From an uncultured Methanomicrobia archaeon (GTDB lineage: Archaea; Halobacteriota; Bog-38; Methanoflorentales; Methanoflorentaceae), in contig CAZHSW010000086.1 in the NCBI GenBank assembly GCA_964534635.1, positions 1 through 33,376 on the forward strand: a stretch of DNA of 33,376 bases, in the 5' to 3' direction. Shown here in pieces: positions 10,407-20,046 of the stretch (the stretch's first letter is position 1; each line of letters starts with the position of its first letter). Position numbers and translations under genes: made by a program. The notes under the pieces are model-generated. The model did no database searches and was not told the origin of the DNA. It saw only the letters and a list, made by a program, of their open reading frames with translations.

Positions 10407-10461
10407 TACGCAACGCGTACACGCGTACGTTATTTTTGCAATAATTGGAGTCTTAAAACGC

Positions 10462-11016
10462 ATGCCGTCTATACCACATATCAAAGATCGTTTCAAAATC
10501 AGAACAATAATCAGGCGTCGCGAAAAAGCTCGCAAAGGAGTTGGACTTCTTGTCGACGGGCCTAACATGCTTAGGAAAGAATTTCAGATAGACCTCGAGG
10601 AAATACGGACAACCTTGAAGGAGTTTGGCGACATCAAGGTAGGTAGGGTCTATCTCAACCAGTACGCGTCTGAAAAGCTTGTTGAGGCAATCGAAAATCA
10701 GGGGTTTGAGCCTGTTGTGAGTTCGAGTGATGTCGACGTCCGACTAGCTGTTGAAGCGACGGAACTTATTTTTAATCCGAACATAGATATTATCGCACTA
10801 GTTACGCGAGATGCTGATTTTAAGCCCGTGCTTTCAAAAGCTATGGAACACGGCAAAGAGACTATCATCTTCGGGGCAGAGCCCGGATTCTCGACGGCAC
10901 TAAAGAATCTTGCTGATGTTGTCGTCATACTAAGCGAGGCTACTCCTACTGAAGTCGCTGGCACGGGGAAGTACGTGCCAAAAGAAGAGAGTGAGGTGTA
11001 CTCAAAGTCGACGTGA
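10462..11016 (+). CDS. NYN-domain protein (TIGR00288/LabA-DUF88 PIN-like)
   Basis: VDGPNMLRKEF, DVDVRLAVEA, VTRDADF, GAEPGFS.AL.N.AD. Confidence 0.93.
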   Translation: MPSIPHIKDRFKIRTIIRRREKARKGVGLLVDGPNMLRKEFQIDLEEIRTTLKEFGDIKVGRVYLNQYASEKLVEAIENQGFEPVVSSSDVDVRLAVEATELIFNPNIDIIALVTRDADFKPVLSKAMEHGKETIIFGAEPGFSTALKNLADVVVILSEATPTEVAGTGKYVPKEESEVYSKST

Positions 11017-11044
11017 TGTGAGATCTTAGCTCACGTCAGTAACA

Positions 11045-11410
11045 TCACGCGCCCTGCGGAGCAGCTCCACCTCCGAGCGCCTTTTGTAACTGCTGTTGCA
11101 GTTGCTGGAAACGTGTTTGAACGCGTTCTTCTTGTCTTTCTAAGCTTTTGAGCCGCACGCCGTAAGTCTCTTTTTTTTCTGTTAGCTCATCTTTGACCTC
11201 TCCCTTATGCGACCGAACGAGGATCGTTCCGACAGTCTTAAAAATCACTGCAGAGTCATCGAGCTTATCGAGCTCGGCAAGGGTCTGTTTAGCTTCGTTC
11301 AAAGCCAGTTCGAGTTGACTGCGTTGAACTGCTAATGCCTGCGCCTGCTGCTGAAGCTGCTGCAGCTGGGCGACTTGGTTTTGTATTTGAGGTGGTAACT
11401 CAGTACTCAT
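11045..11410 (-). CDS. pfdB: Prefoldin subunit beta
   Basis: ELPPQIQNQVAQLQQLQQQ coiled coil, FKTVGTILV hairpin, superoperon position. Confidence 0.96.
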   Translation of the reverse strand: MSTELPPQIQNQVAQLQQLQQQAQALAVQRSQLELALNEAKQTLAELDKLDDSAVIFKTVGTILVRSHKGEVKDELTEKKETYGVRLKSLERQEERVQTRFQQLQQQLQKALGGGAAPQGA

Positions 11411-11454
11411 CTAGCATTCTCCTGCTGGTGTCTTCTTAGAAAATTACCAAATCG

Positions 11455-11730
11455 CTAATCCAACATCTCTGTGATTAGCTCGTCTACTTCACTGGCAACC
11501 AGCGCCAATCTGAGCCAGGAATTCGTTGCAGCGCGACAGGACGAGATATTTGCTCCTTTGATGCAGATGACCAGCTTCCTGGCCGTTTTGTGTATCTTGA
11601 CTGATAAATCTTCTCCAATCTGGTCGGTTGCCGCCAACTCGGGGACGATCGATCTGTACACGTGATCGGCGTGCGGACTGCCTATAAAATACGTTAATCT
11701 GAGCGATTCATCCTTTTGCGCACCAGTCAC
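11455..11730 (-). CDS. pcc1: KEOPS complex subunit Pcc1
   Basis: VYRSIVPE and RAATNSWLRL motifs. GGAGG SD upstream of the GTG. Lies between rpoP and pfdB. Confidence 0.85.
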   Translation of the reverse strand: MTGAQKDESLRLTYFIGSPHADHVYRSIVPELAATDQIGEDLSVKIHKTARKLVICIKGANISSCRAATNSWLRLALVASEVDELITEMLD

Positions 11731-11785
11731 AGTTAATGTCGCCTCCTGATGTGCCGAAGCTAGTGCTAGGGAGCTAATAGGTTTC

Positions 11786-11923
11786 CTACAACACCTTTAC
11801 CTTCTTAATGATTGTAGGACGTTCCTTTATCAATATGCGATGGCCGCAGTAGGGGCACCTGATTCCGCCGTATTCAGATTCTACTTCGACTTCGCGCTTG
11901 CAGCGAATACATTTATAAACCGT
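11786..11923 (-). CDS. rpoP: DNA-directed RNA polymerase subunit P (Rpo12). Start codon non-canonical (ACG) or uncertain.
   Basis: (T/M)[44 protein letters not shown] zinc ribbon. The ORF-track start at 12037 lies inside rpl37ae and is unlikely. Confidence 0.92.
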   Translation of the reverse strand, partial: TVYKCIRCKREVEVESEYGGIRCPYCGHRILIKERPTIIKKVKVL

Positions 11924-11927
11924 AACA

Positions 11928-12242
11928 TCACCTTTCGGATCCAACTTTAAGTTGCTCCTTTTCCTCGCTTGCGCGACGAATCGAGCGCGTGACAGTTTTT
12001 CCGACGGACGTCTCGGGAACGTAAGCGCCTCCTGCAAACGTCACTTGACACTTTGAACAAGCCCATACGCCTGTTCCCTGGCGCGACACCGCTTTTCGTC
12101 CACATGCCGGGCACTTGTGCGCTTGGTGCATCACTGACTCAACATCAGCGATTCTTTTGCGGATTTTTCGGCCATATCGCGGGCCAAAACGCCCTGCAGA
12201 CCGAGTTTTTCGTCCCTTCTTACGTGCGCCCTTTTTAACCAT
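11928..12242 (-). CDS. rpl37ae: 50S ribosomal protein L37Ae (eL43)
   Basis: [30 protein letters not shown] zinc finger. Confidence 0.97.
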   Translation of the reverse strand: MVKKGARKKGRKTRSAGRFGPRYGRKIRKRIADVESVMHQAHKCPACGRKAVSRQGTGVWACSKCQVTFAGGAYVPETSVGKTVTRSIRRASEEKEQLKVGSER

Positions 12243-13020
12243 TTGTTAAACCACCAAAAAGATCATCTCTGAGTTGCATCGCTTTGCTGCTCGCGAGTTT
12301 AACGATTCGCGCTATCTCTTCGGCAGAAAGTGTTCCGGTTCCACTTTTCTGCATGCCGGCTAACGTCCCTTGTAGTCCAGAAATGACGGTTATTCTCGAA
12401 GCCGAAATAATCTCCTCGTCTAGTGATGGATCCAGCATTATCTCGCCATCGAGGTCAACTGCGGTAACCGCAATAGGGTATTCTTTGATTGGCAGTGGAG
12501 CGTCTGGTCCGTAGCCATAACGCTCAGAGGGTGTTTTTGAATTTACGAGCGCCGCTAGCGTTCCTAGTGCTGATGCATCCATAAGATTCCCATCGTGGTC
12601 GAGTACGTGTACGTCGATAAAAACGAGCCACACTTTACCGTCGGGCAACATTAGCTGCGACAAGTCGATAGCGCCTGACTCGCGGACGCCACGATCCACC
12701 ACACGTGCAAGCTCAATAGCATTTTCGTCTGGCGGGCCTGGTTCAAACGAAGGGGAAGCTAACGGGACAAGCTCAACGTTAGTTATTATGACCCCCATAT
12801 CGGGCGCGTCTGGAAATGGCTCTCCTGGTTGTAGTTTTACGCCAACGAGAACTTGCGTGTTGCCTATCTTTACTCGTGCGGACCCTTCGGCTTTGCTTAT
12901 TAATCCAACCTCGACCTGTATCGGTCGATACTCATCAAATGCCCGGCCATCTGCTCTTTCATTTCGCTTGGCAAGCCCGTAAATATAGTCTTTACGTATC
13001 TCAGCAATCACGTCATTCAT
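12235..13020 (-). CDS. rrp42: Exosome complex component Rrp42
   Basis: [50 protein letters not shown]. Confidence 0.97.
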   Translation of the reverse strand: MNDVIAEIRKDYIYGLAKRNERADGRAFDEYRPIQVEVGLISKAEGSARVKIGNTQVLVGVKLQPGEPFPDAPDMGVIITNVELVPLASPSFEPGPPDENAIELARVVDRGVRESGAIDLSQLMLPDGKVWLVFIDVHVLDHDGNLMDASALGTLAALVNSKTPSERYGYGPDAPLPIKEYPIAVTAVDLDGEIMLDPSLDEEIISASRITVISGLQGTLAGMQKSGTGTLSAEEIARIVKLASSKAMQLRDDLFGGLTNG

Positions 13021-13723
13021 TTTTTTCTCCCTTATATTTCTGAATGAGGGCTTCTCTTTGCATTTCAGCTATGCTAGCACAACCGAACTTTCCTAATTCT
13101 AGCGCTTGTTCAAATTCGTCCAGTGTCAAATGGCCATCCATTTGAAGGAGTGTAATCTCTCCCGCCCGGACATTCATCGCGATTGGCATGTCCGCTTGAC
13201 CATAATTGTCCTCTTCCTTGACCAAGTCAAGCACGACTGTTTCTTCCACTTTGCCGACAGCACACGAAGAGATGAGGCCACGCATCGGCACTCCTGCGTC
13301 CGCCAGTGCGACAGATGCGGCATTTATCCCAGCTGACCGCGTCCCGGCGTCTGCCTGAAGAATTTCCACAAAGACATCAATCGTGGACCGTGGATAGTAT
13401 TCTTTGATGATGACGGGATCTATTGCTTCTCGACTCACTTTAGAAATTTCGATGCTTCTTCGGTCTGGGCCGGGGCGCCTTCGTTCCTCGACCGAGAAAG
13501 ATGCCATGTTATAGCGATATCGAATAATTGCGCGGTTCGCTTCTTGCAAGTGCCTTGGATGCACCGCGCGGGGTCCATAAACGGCGGCAATGACCTTGTT
13601 TCCCCCGTGTTCGACATAACACGAGCCATCGGCCCGCTCGAGCACGCCTACCTCAAATTTGACTGGACGCATCTCGTTGGGAAGACGATTGTCTATCCTC
13701 TTACCTTTCTTCATGAGCTCCAT
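13013..13723 (-). CDS. rrp41: Exosome complex exonuclease Rrp41 (start placed at ATG 13723; track used TTG 13738)
   Basis: [50 protein letters not shown]. Confidence 0.97.
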   Translation of the reverse strand: MELMKKGKRIDNRLPNEMRPVKFEVGVLERADGSCYVEHGGNKVIAAVYGPRAVHPRHLQEANRAIIRYRYNMASFSVEERRRPGPDRRSIEISKVSREAIDPVIIKEYYPRSTIDVFVEILQADAGTRSAGINAASVALADAGVPMRGLISSCAVGKVEETVVLDLVKEEDNYGQADMPIAMNVRAGEITLLQMDGHLTLDEFEQALELGKFGCASIAEMQREALIQKYKGEKNE

Positions 13724-14393
13724 GCTTTTCTTCCTCAAGTAACTTCGTTATCCTATCCGTAAGTCCTGACGTATGGGCTTCTCGCTCAATTTGTTTGATA
13801 ACTCTCACCGCCAACTCTTCATCGGCTGCTTTTCCGTTAATCCAAATACGACCATTTTTGCCGACGAAGATGTTGACGTCAAGTTTACTCTTGAGCAAGC
13901 TTATCATCGACCCAGCTCGTCCGATAATTCGCGGGACTTTTGTGTATGACACCTCAACTACTCTTCCGCTTCTCAATACTCGCAATTGGCCTTCCCGGGG
14001 GGCTAGCTCTATTTTCATCGATTTGTCGACATCTATTACTTTGAAGATCGCTAAGTCGCCGACGCGCATAATTTTAGCCATTTCACTTGACTCAATGCGT
14101 CGCGGGTACTCGGAAATGTGCATCAACGCTTCGTAAGGAGCTTTGATATCAATTTTCCAGTTAGAGAAGCTTATATCCGAAACCATTCCGATTACGACGT
14201 CGCCGATCACCGGGATATATTTTCCGGAGAGCGGAATTACCCTTATCTTTTCTTTTTCATCTATCAGCCCGTATATCAAGGAATAAACCTTCTCGTTTTC
14301 GATAAAAGTCCCTTCTGCGGCCTTATCGGCATCATCAGAAAGGAAATCTCCCGGAACTACAATCGTCTTGTCGATCTTTTCTTGCCTCTTCAT
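13701..14393 (-). CDS. rrp4: Exosome complex RNA-binding component Rrp4
   Basis: [20 protein letters not shown] (S1), [33 protein letters not shown]. Confidence 0.97.
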   Translation of the reverse strand: MKRQEKIDKTIVVPGDFLSDDADKAAEGTFIENEKVYSLIYGLIDEKEKIRVIPLSGKYIPVIGDVVIGMVSDISFSNWKIDIKAPYEALMHISEYPRRIESSEMAKIMRVGDLAIFKVIDVDKSMKIELAPREGQLRVLRSGRVVEVSYTKVPRIIGRAGSMISLLKSKLDVNIFVGKNGRIWINGKAADEELAVRVIKQIEREAHTSGLTDRITKLLEEEKHGAHEER

Positions 14394-15100
14394 TTGCGTC
14401 CTTCCCTAGTCAATATCCTTGTCTGGGCCTCCCCTCGTGACAATCGATTGACAAGCTCATAGAAATCATTCTGAAGTCCTGCCGGAAACCGGATCACACC
14501 GATCCAAGAGCCATCTTGCTGCCATTCTTGTTTAACGATTTTGCCAAAGCGCTGGATGGGTCCCTGCGATTTTACCGTATATCGGGCTGGCACCATAACT
14601 GCGACATTTACCTCTTCGAATCTGATTGGTATAATCGGCCTAATCGCTTTCAACGCATTGGTCATCTGTTCGTCGACGCTTTTAAAGGGGTCCACGTTGA
14701 ATTTTGCCTCTTCGAGCGCGTTTTCGATACGCTGTGGAGGGTGAGGTAGACCTGTTTGAGGATTTATTGCGTTCGAAGCTATAGCGACGATAAGCTGCTT
14801 TCTTTTGAGTTCCTGGAGCTGACGTCGCTGCTGCGAGGTGAGATGAAGCTCGCCTTCAATAATAATCCGTTTTGCGATTACGGCATGCTCAGCAGTCCCA
14901 AACGTTTTCTTGAGTCTTTCGTCAGAGGCTTTTTCTCCTTTTGATGCGTCCTTAAAAACCTCCTCAACAGCGAGAACGGCATCTAAGTCTACGTCCCGGC
15001 CTTCTCGCAACGATAAGGCGCTTTCCGGGTCAACAAGCACTTCAAAATGCTCTCCGCCTTTCGAAAATCTAGCGACAACTGCATTGTCGACAGATACCAT
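14390..15100 (-). CDS. Ribosome maturation factor SBDS/SDO1 homolog
   Basis: HFEVLVDP, FKDASKGEKA, INPQTGLPHPPQRIENALEEA. Confidence 0.97.
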   Translation of the reverse strand: MVSVDNAVVARFSKGGEHFEVLVDPESALSLREGRDVDLDAVLAVEEVFKDASKGEKASDERLKKTFGTAEHAVIAKRIIIEGELHLTSQQRRQLQELKRKQLIVAIASNAINPQTGLPHPPQRIENALEEAKFNVDPFKSVDEQMTNALKAIRPIIPIRFEEVNVAVMVPARYTVKSQGPIQRFGKIVKQEWQQDGSWIGVIRFPAGLQNDFYELVNRLSRGEAQTRILTREGRK

Positions 15101-15149
15101 GGGTGTCTCCGATCGTGCCCTTCATCTCTTGGAGTTTTAAAAGGCACGA

Positions 15150-15887
15150 TCACTCTTTAGGCATCGAATCGAGAACGCTCTTCACGTACGCTTCGAGCTC
15201 TTCAACGGCTAGCTTCCGAAAAAGCTTGTCCTTCGCAGACACGGCAGCGATTTCGATGGTATCAATTGCAAGCTTGCCTTCAGTTGCCTTATAAAGTGCT
15301 TCCAGCCCGAGTTTGATCGCGCTATCAAGATCGGCTTCTTTATCGTACTTCTCTTCGAGAAATTCCATTACCGCATTTCGCCCGGAGCCGATGCCTGTGG
15401 CTTTAACCATCAGTAAAGCCCCGCTTGGATCTGTTTCAAAAAGACGCGGACCTGAATCATCAATCCCACCAATGAGCAACGCGGTACCGTACGGCCTTAC
15501 GCCGCCGTATTGCGTGAAGGTCTGTTTGTGGTCGGCGACTTTCTTTGCAAGCGTTTCAATGCCGATAGGCTCGTTGTAAACGACACGATTTATCTGCGCG
15601 TCAACTCGAGCACGATCGATCAGCGCCCTAGCGTCTGCAACTAGGCCTGACGTCACAGCACCAATGTGATCATCGATCTGAAATATCTTTTCTGTGGATT
15701 GTGGTTCCAAAAGCCGACTCGAAACTCGCTTGTCTACCAATAGAGTTACGCCGTCTTTTGCCTTTATGCCAACGGACGTGGTCCCTCGTTTCACAGCTTC
15801 GCGAGCATATTCAACCTGAAACAGCCTTCCATCTGGCGAAAATACGGTTATCGCTCTATCGTACCCCATTTGCGGCGCCATCTGCAT
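15150..15887 (-). CDS. psmA: Proteasome subunit alpha
   Basis: GYDRAITVFSPDGRLFQVEYAREAVKRG signature. Confidence 0.99.
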   Translation of the reverse strand: MQMAPQMGYDRAITVFSPDGRLFQVEYAREAVKRGTTSVGIKAKDGVTLLVDKRVSSRLLEPQSTEKIFQIDDHIGAVTSGLVADARALIDRARVDAQINRVVYNEPIGIETLAKKVADHKQTFTQYGGVRPYGTALLIGGIDDSGPRLFETDPSGALLMVKATGIGSGRNAVMEFLEEKYDKEADLDSAIKLGLEALYKATEGKLAIDTIEIAAVSAKDKLFRKLAVEELEAYVKSVLDSMPKE

Positions 15888-16053
15888 TATATCAGCCTCT
15901 CGTCATTCGATCTGCGTTGCCAATGCACTTGCATCGACGCGACCAAAAGTTTCCCTATCTTCTGCAATTGCATACAATTTCTTACCACATATCCTTAATG
16001 TTCCTCGGAATATGGGCAATCATGACACAAGAAGATATAATGCCTCGTATTTT

Positions 16054-16389
16054 CTATTCAATTTGTAAATACTTTTCTGTAGCAGCCTTTATCGTTCCGG
16101 ACGTGCCTAAAGTCGCCACGCGCGCTTGATTATTCCTGATTTTGGCTATACTTGCACAAACCGCTTGCGCTTCGTGCACACGGCGGTAATCACACCGCAA
16201 AAGACCTTTCTTTCCGTCGAAAAAAACTATCCGTACCGCTAACTCGCTCACACCGACATCTCCAAAAAGGGCTCTCGCAGCCCCAGTTATCGATTTTTGC
16301 AGCTCATTCGGCTGTACGGTTAGCGGACTGCTTATCACGAAAGCAACGTAGCGATAGTTAGCCCGCAAAGTGGGTGCTAGCGCCTTCAC
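16054..16389 (-). CDS. rnp2: RNase P protein component 2 (Pop5/Rpp14)
   Basis: PTLR..YRYVAF, LFGDVG, TLGTSGTIKAATEKY. Confidence 0.93.
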   Translation of the reverse strand: MKALAPTLRANYRYVAFVISSPLTVQPNELQKSITGAARALFGDVGVSELAVRIVFFDGKKGLLRCDYRRVHEAQAVCASIAKIRNNQARVATLGTSGTIKAATEKYLQIE

Positions 16390-17042
16390 AGACCTCCCCG
16401 CTTCTCTTCTTTTCGACTCGCCATAATGCTTAACGGATTTTTTGACAACGCGATATCGGCTTCCAAGTGGTTCAAACCGAGGATGTGTGCTAGTGCTTTA
16501 AGTTGACTGGGGGACCGCATGTCATAGCACGAATTAGCGTCACTCATAATGACGATTGGCACCCCCAACTTCTGACACACAGCTACATTTTTGCGCTGTA
16601 ACGTAAGGACTCGAGAGCGTTCCACGTTTTCCGTCTTCCAAAAATAACTGAGGCACACTCCTAGCGCGACCTGGTTTTTCCTCGCTAATTTTGCCTCTAC
16701 CTGGCTTAACACACCTTTTTTCCCACTTTCAGGGTGCACCAGAAGATCGACGCGGTCGTCCTTGCACGCTGCTCTGTTAATCCGTTCATCGCCACCGTGC
16801 ACGCCCACGATTGTCGCTTTTTCTCGAAAGAACGTAACTTGTTTACGCAAATCTCTAACACTTTTTGAGATAATTTCCACCCCAAATGTGAGACTCGAAT
16901 TAACGTCTGACGACCAGTGCGGTGAATGAGCCGTCACCACTATGTCAAAAAAACCGAGTCGGAGAGCGACGTTGTGAAGCTTTTGCGCTGTATCTGACCC
17001 TTCAGGAAAAGCGTGTACGCCGATATCAACATACTTCTGCAT
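16386..17042 (-). CDS. rnp3: RNase P protein component 3 (Rpp30)
   Basis: VHGGDERINRAAC, VDLLVHPE, SDANSCYDMRSP. Confidence 0.94.
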   Translation of the reverse strand: MQKYVDIGVHAFPEGSDTAQKLHNVALRLGFFDIVVTAHSPHWSSDVNSSLTFGVEIISKSVRDLRKQVTFFREKATIVGVHGGDERINRAACKDDRVDLLVHPESGKKGVLSQVEAKLARKNQVALGVCLSYFWKTENVERSRVLTLQRKNVAVCQKLGVPIVIMSDANSCYDMRSPSQLKALAHILGLNHLEADIALSKNPLSIMASRKEEKRGGL

Positions 17043-17496
17043 GATTTAAGAGGTCGCGAGCGATCTCAGCTGCCTGATCTGCGTGGGCTGGATAAGCTGC
17101 GATCTTGGCTCGTAAAACGATTGGGTCTTTTGTGCTGAGTTGAAGGACTCCACCTGCTGCTGCTTGTTTGTCAAATTTGATTACAAGCGTACAAGTTTCG
17201 CTGAGATGTTGCAGAGTACGTTCACGCAATTCTTTCAAGTCGCTATTAGAGAGCCGGTTTCTAATAGTATCAAAGACTGCGCGGATCGCTGCGGTTTTTT
17301 TAGTCCGTGCACTGAGAACAACAATGGAGTTTCCAAAGTACCCAGTGAGCGGTTCTCGGTCGATTTGCACGCTTTCTGGCACGATTAACCGAAGTGCTTG
17401 GCAAACTCGACTCTCGTCTTCAGTGCCATAAACAAAAACCTTGACGGTTAAGCTGTGGATCGTCTTTTTTCGCTGAACCGGATCACTTGTCGGCAT
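17026..17496 (-). CDS. Archaeal RNA-binding protein (exosome-operon associated, COG1325-like)
   Basis: YGTEDESRV..AL, GYFGNSI..L, KFDKQAA, KIAAYPA. Conserved position after rpl15e. Confidence 0.85.
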   Translation of the reverse strand: MPTSDPVQRKKTIHSLTVKVFVYGTEDESRVCQALRLIVPESVQIDREPLTGYFGNSIVVLSARTKKTAAIRAVFDTIRNRLSNSDLKELRERTLQHLSETCTLVIKFDKQAAAGGVLQLSTKDPIVLRAKIAAYPAHADQAAEIARDLLNHAEVC

Positions 17497-17529
17497 TTAG
17501 AACAAACGCAGTCTACACTCGCCAAGAAT

Positions 17530-18111
17530 TTACGTCCCTCTTCGTCCATGAGCACTTAAAGACGGCATTGTCTTCTCTGAACCACGTCCTTTGTTCCGCA
17601 GACCGCGTCCTTTTGCTCCTGCACTTGTTTTACCTCTAAGAGCTCGTTTTCCTGAAGAAGTCGTCCAGTTAAAGCTACGGTCGTTTAGTATTCGCGGGTG
17701 GTTTGGATCCACTAAGATAACCTCGTGCCATTTCGATTTTCCGTCTTGACCGACCCAGTAAGAGTTCAGCACTTCTAAGTTTGGAAATTTCCGCGAAGCG
17801 CGTTCTTCTGCGATTCGGCGTGAGCTTTTCCGAGCGGTCAGCCTATTCACTCCCATGTGCTTTGTTCGGCGACCCCCGCGCGGGCGCTGTTTTCTTCTAC
17901 CGCCTCGCCACGTTCGCACGCGGACAGTGATAACCCCTTGCTTGGCTTTGTACCCTAAATTTCTTGCCCGATCGAGTCTTGTGGGCTTTTCGAGCCGTAT
18001 GACCGCTTGTTCCCGCCGCCACTTTCGCAAGCGCTCCCATGTTAGCCCTTTTACATAACTGCTTTCGGGCGTTTTCCACGCATCTCGGATGAATGCATAC
18101 ATCGACTTCAT
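17530..18111 (-). CDS. rpl15e: 50S ribosomal protein L15e
   Basis: [47 protein letters not shown]. Confidence 0.99.
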   Translation of the reverse strand: MKSMYAFIRDAWKTPESSYVKGLTWERLRKWRREQAVIRLEKPTRLDRARNLGYKAKQGVITVRVRTWRGGRRKQRPRGGRRTKHMGVNRLTARKSSRRIAEERASRKFPNLEVLNSYWVGQDGKSKWHEVILVDPNHPRILNDRSFNWTTSSGKRALRGKTSAGAKGRGLRNKGRGSEKTMPSLSAHGRRGT

Positions 18112-18186
18112 CTAACGTTCTCACAATCGGTTTAACCTGTAGGCTACGTTGCAAACGACTCGTTTCTTGCGCCTTTCGGGTGCTGT
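18112..18186 (-). promoter_or_regulatory. Structured 5' leader of rpl15e; candidate eL15 ribosomal leader
   Basis: Minus strand: CC-GAAA-GG hairpin, then AGUCG/CGAUU outer stem enclosing AACGU-AGCC(UACA)GGUU-AAACC. TATA-like AAAAATATAT at 18209-18218. Confidence 0.5.
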
Positions 18187-18219
18187 TAACAAAATAAGGT
18201 CATTGAACATATATTTTTC

Positions 18220-19401
18220 CTACTTGGCGCGTGAGGTAGACACTATTTTAATTATGTCGCCATCCTGCAATGGATGATGTTCGCCCAACCGCATTTTTGT
18301 GCGCGCATCTATCGCGTACAAGAAGCCGCGACCGATGTCTGAATGAACTTTAAAGGCCAGATCCTTCGCATTCTGCCCATTTTTCAGTAAGAACGCATCA
18401 GGCAAAACCCGTCCTTCCTTATCCGACCAATGATGCTCGTCTTCGACCGGATATACCACGATATACCTAAGAACATCGAACACCGCTGCGTTCAAACAGG
18501 CCTGAACTCCAGTGCCTTCGTCTTTTATGAATTCCTGCAGCCGTTCTAGAGCAGCTTTTTGTCGCTGATTTAGCTGCGAGATAATTGCGAAATGCGTGTC
18601 CCCGGGGACATACGTCACAAGCCCCTTTTGATCAGCCAGACGTAGTGCAAGCTCAGCTTCGCCACTCGTTGCCACTGTATCCTTACAAGCACCTGTGATT
18701 CGCTCAATGTTTTGCAGGGGGGCGATATCTTTTTTGTTCGCAGCTATAACTATCGGCTTAGCACTTTTTCTCAGTTCTCGCGACAAATTTACTAGGTCTT
18801 GATGTCCCCAAGTTTCTAGCTGTTTATTCATAAGTCCAAGCTTGAGAACTGCGTGTTTGACGTGCTGCTCGTCGATTTGAAGTCCTGCTAATTGCATCGC
18901 GATAACGCGAGTAATATTGTGATCGAGCTGCGCTTTCTTGGCCAGCTTAGGCCAGTTCTTGTCAAGAATGGCGGCGATCCACAAAGAGATTTCGGTCTCG
19001 AGCATCGCAATATCTTCCAATGGATCGTGCGAAGAGGCTCCTAACACATTGCCTTCAATGTCTGTGCTTCCTGAAGCGTCGACCACGTTAATAATGGCCT
19101 CTGATTGGCGTAAATTATCAAGAAATGCGTTACCGAGCCCACGTCCCTTATGCGCTTCAGGAACCAAACCCGCAACGTCGACCAGCTCGATAGGGACAAA
19201 GCGCACTCCGCCCACGCAGTGTCCGCATAGAGTCTTAAGTTCTACGCACGGACAGCACGTGCGCACGCTTGAATAACCTCGATTGGCGTTAATAGTTGTA
19301 AACGGATAGTTCGCAATGTCGACGTCCAGAAGCGTTGCCGCTTTGAAGAATGTTGACTTGCCGGTGTTAGGCTTGCCTGCAAGAGCGACCGACAAGTTCA
19401 T
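18220..19401 (-). CDS. ychF: YchF/Ola1-family translation-associated NTPase (start at ATG 19401, ATGA-coupled to mptE)
   Basis: GKPNTGKST, NYPFTTI, DVAGLVP, NKKD, C-terminal TGS domain. Confidence 0.95.
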   Translation of the reverse strand: MNLSVALAGKPNTGKSTFFKAATLLDVDIANYPFTTINANRGYSSVRTCCPCVELKTLCGHCVGGVRFVPIELVDVAGLVPEAHKGRGLGNAFLDNLRQSEAIINVVDASGSTDIEGNVLGASSHDPLEDIAMLETEISLWIAAILDKNWPKLAKKAQLDHNITRVIAMQLAGLQIDEQHVKHAVLKLGLMNKQLETWGHQDLVNLSRELRKSAKPIVIAANKKDIAPLQNIERITGACKDTVATSGEAELALRLADQKGLVTYVPGDTHFAIISQLNQRQKAALERLQEFIKDEGTGVQACLNAAVFDVLRYIVVYPVEDEHHWSDKEGRVLPDAFLLKNGQNAKDLAFKVHSDIGRGFLYAIDARTKMRLGEHHPLQDGDIIKIVSTSRAK

Positions 19402-20045
19402 CGAAAGTTCACTTCCGTTCGTTCGAGCAACTTCTTTGCCCACTGAAGTTTTTTTCTTTTAGTTGGGCTTACGGTCTCATCGTAAAAATCGAACCCAATA
19501 GCGCTAACTGTCCGGGCTCCGTATTCTTCTGCCAAGAAAATTGCCCTGTCTCCGTCAGTGAAACCGCCGAAATTAAAGACGTTCGTCGTCGGTAGCGACT
19601 GCGTCGTGCCAAGTACCGCACTCAGCGATGGGACGTGAGCCTTTATCGCGTCCATGTTGTCACCATGTGCGTGAACTATTATGATAGCGCATAAGGCGTT
19701 TGCGAGTTTCAAATCGCTTACGCTTCCGTCGAGATCAGACACGATTATACGGGGAATTATTCCCTGCCCGAATAGTACAGACGTAGCGCCGTCTGCAGCA
19801 AGGATTACTTCGCCTCGCTCAATTTTGCCGCTTTTTATGTCGGTCGCCAAGGTCGGCGCTTTCCCGCAAACCAAGACATCGCGGCCGTTGATAAGCCGCT
19901 GCAGTCTCTCGCTTGTCTCATTTAGATTTCCTTTTAAGCTCAATAAACGAGACAATATATGGGCTGAGCGCTCGTCACGTTCACTATCAAACCCAAAATC
20001 AAGTAGAATCTCGCGATAAATAGGCATCCATTCTTTGAGCTGCAT
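19398..20045 (-). CDS. mptE: 6-hydroxymethyl-7,8-dihydropterin pyrophosphokinase (DUF115)
   Basis: W.PIY.EIL.DFGF, AADGAT, SDLDG, VHAHGDN, NFGGFTDGDRA, GFDF, K.KKL.WA. Confidence 0.92.
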   Translation of the reverse strand: MQLKEWMPIYREILLDFGFDSERDERSAHILSRLLSLKGNLNETSERLQRLINGRDVLVCGKAPTLATDIKSGKIERGEVILAADGATSVLFGQGIIPRIIVSDLDGSVSDLKLANALCAIIIVHAHGDNMDAIKAHVPSLSAVLGTTQSLPTTNVFNFGGFTDGDRAIFLAEEYGARTVSAIGFDFYDETVSPTKRKKLQWAKKLLERTEVNFR

Positions 20046-20046
20046 T

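Noticed and set aside
11924-12037. ORF-track N-terminal extension of rpoP (83 aa)
   Set aside because: Overlaps rpl37ae by 110 nt in another frame and has no Rpo12-like sequence.
15982-16056. Possible TAG (pyrrolysine) read-through of rnp2
   Set aside because: Read-through adds KIRGIISSCVMIAHIPRNIKDMW with no recognisable similarity. Pop5 is already complete, and no pyl genes are in the window.
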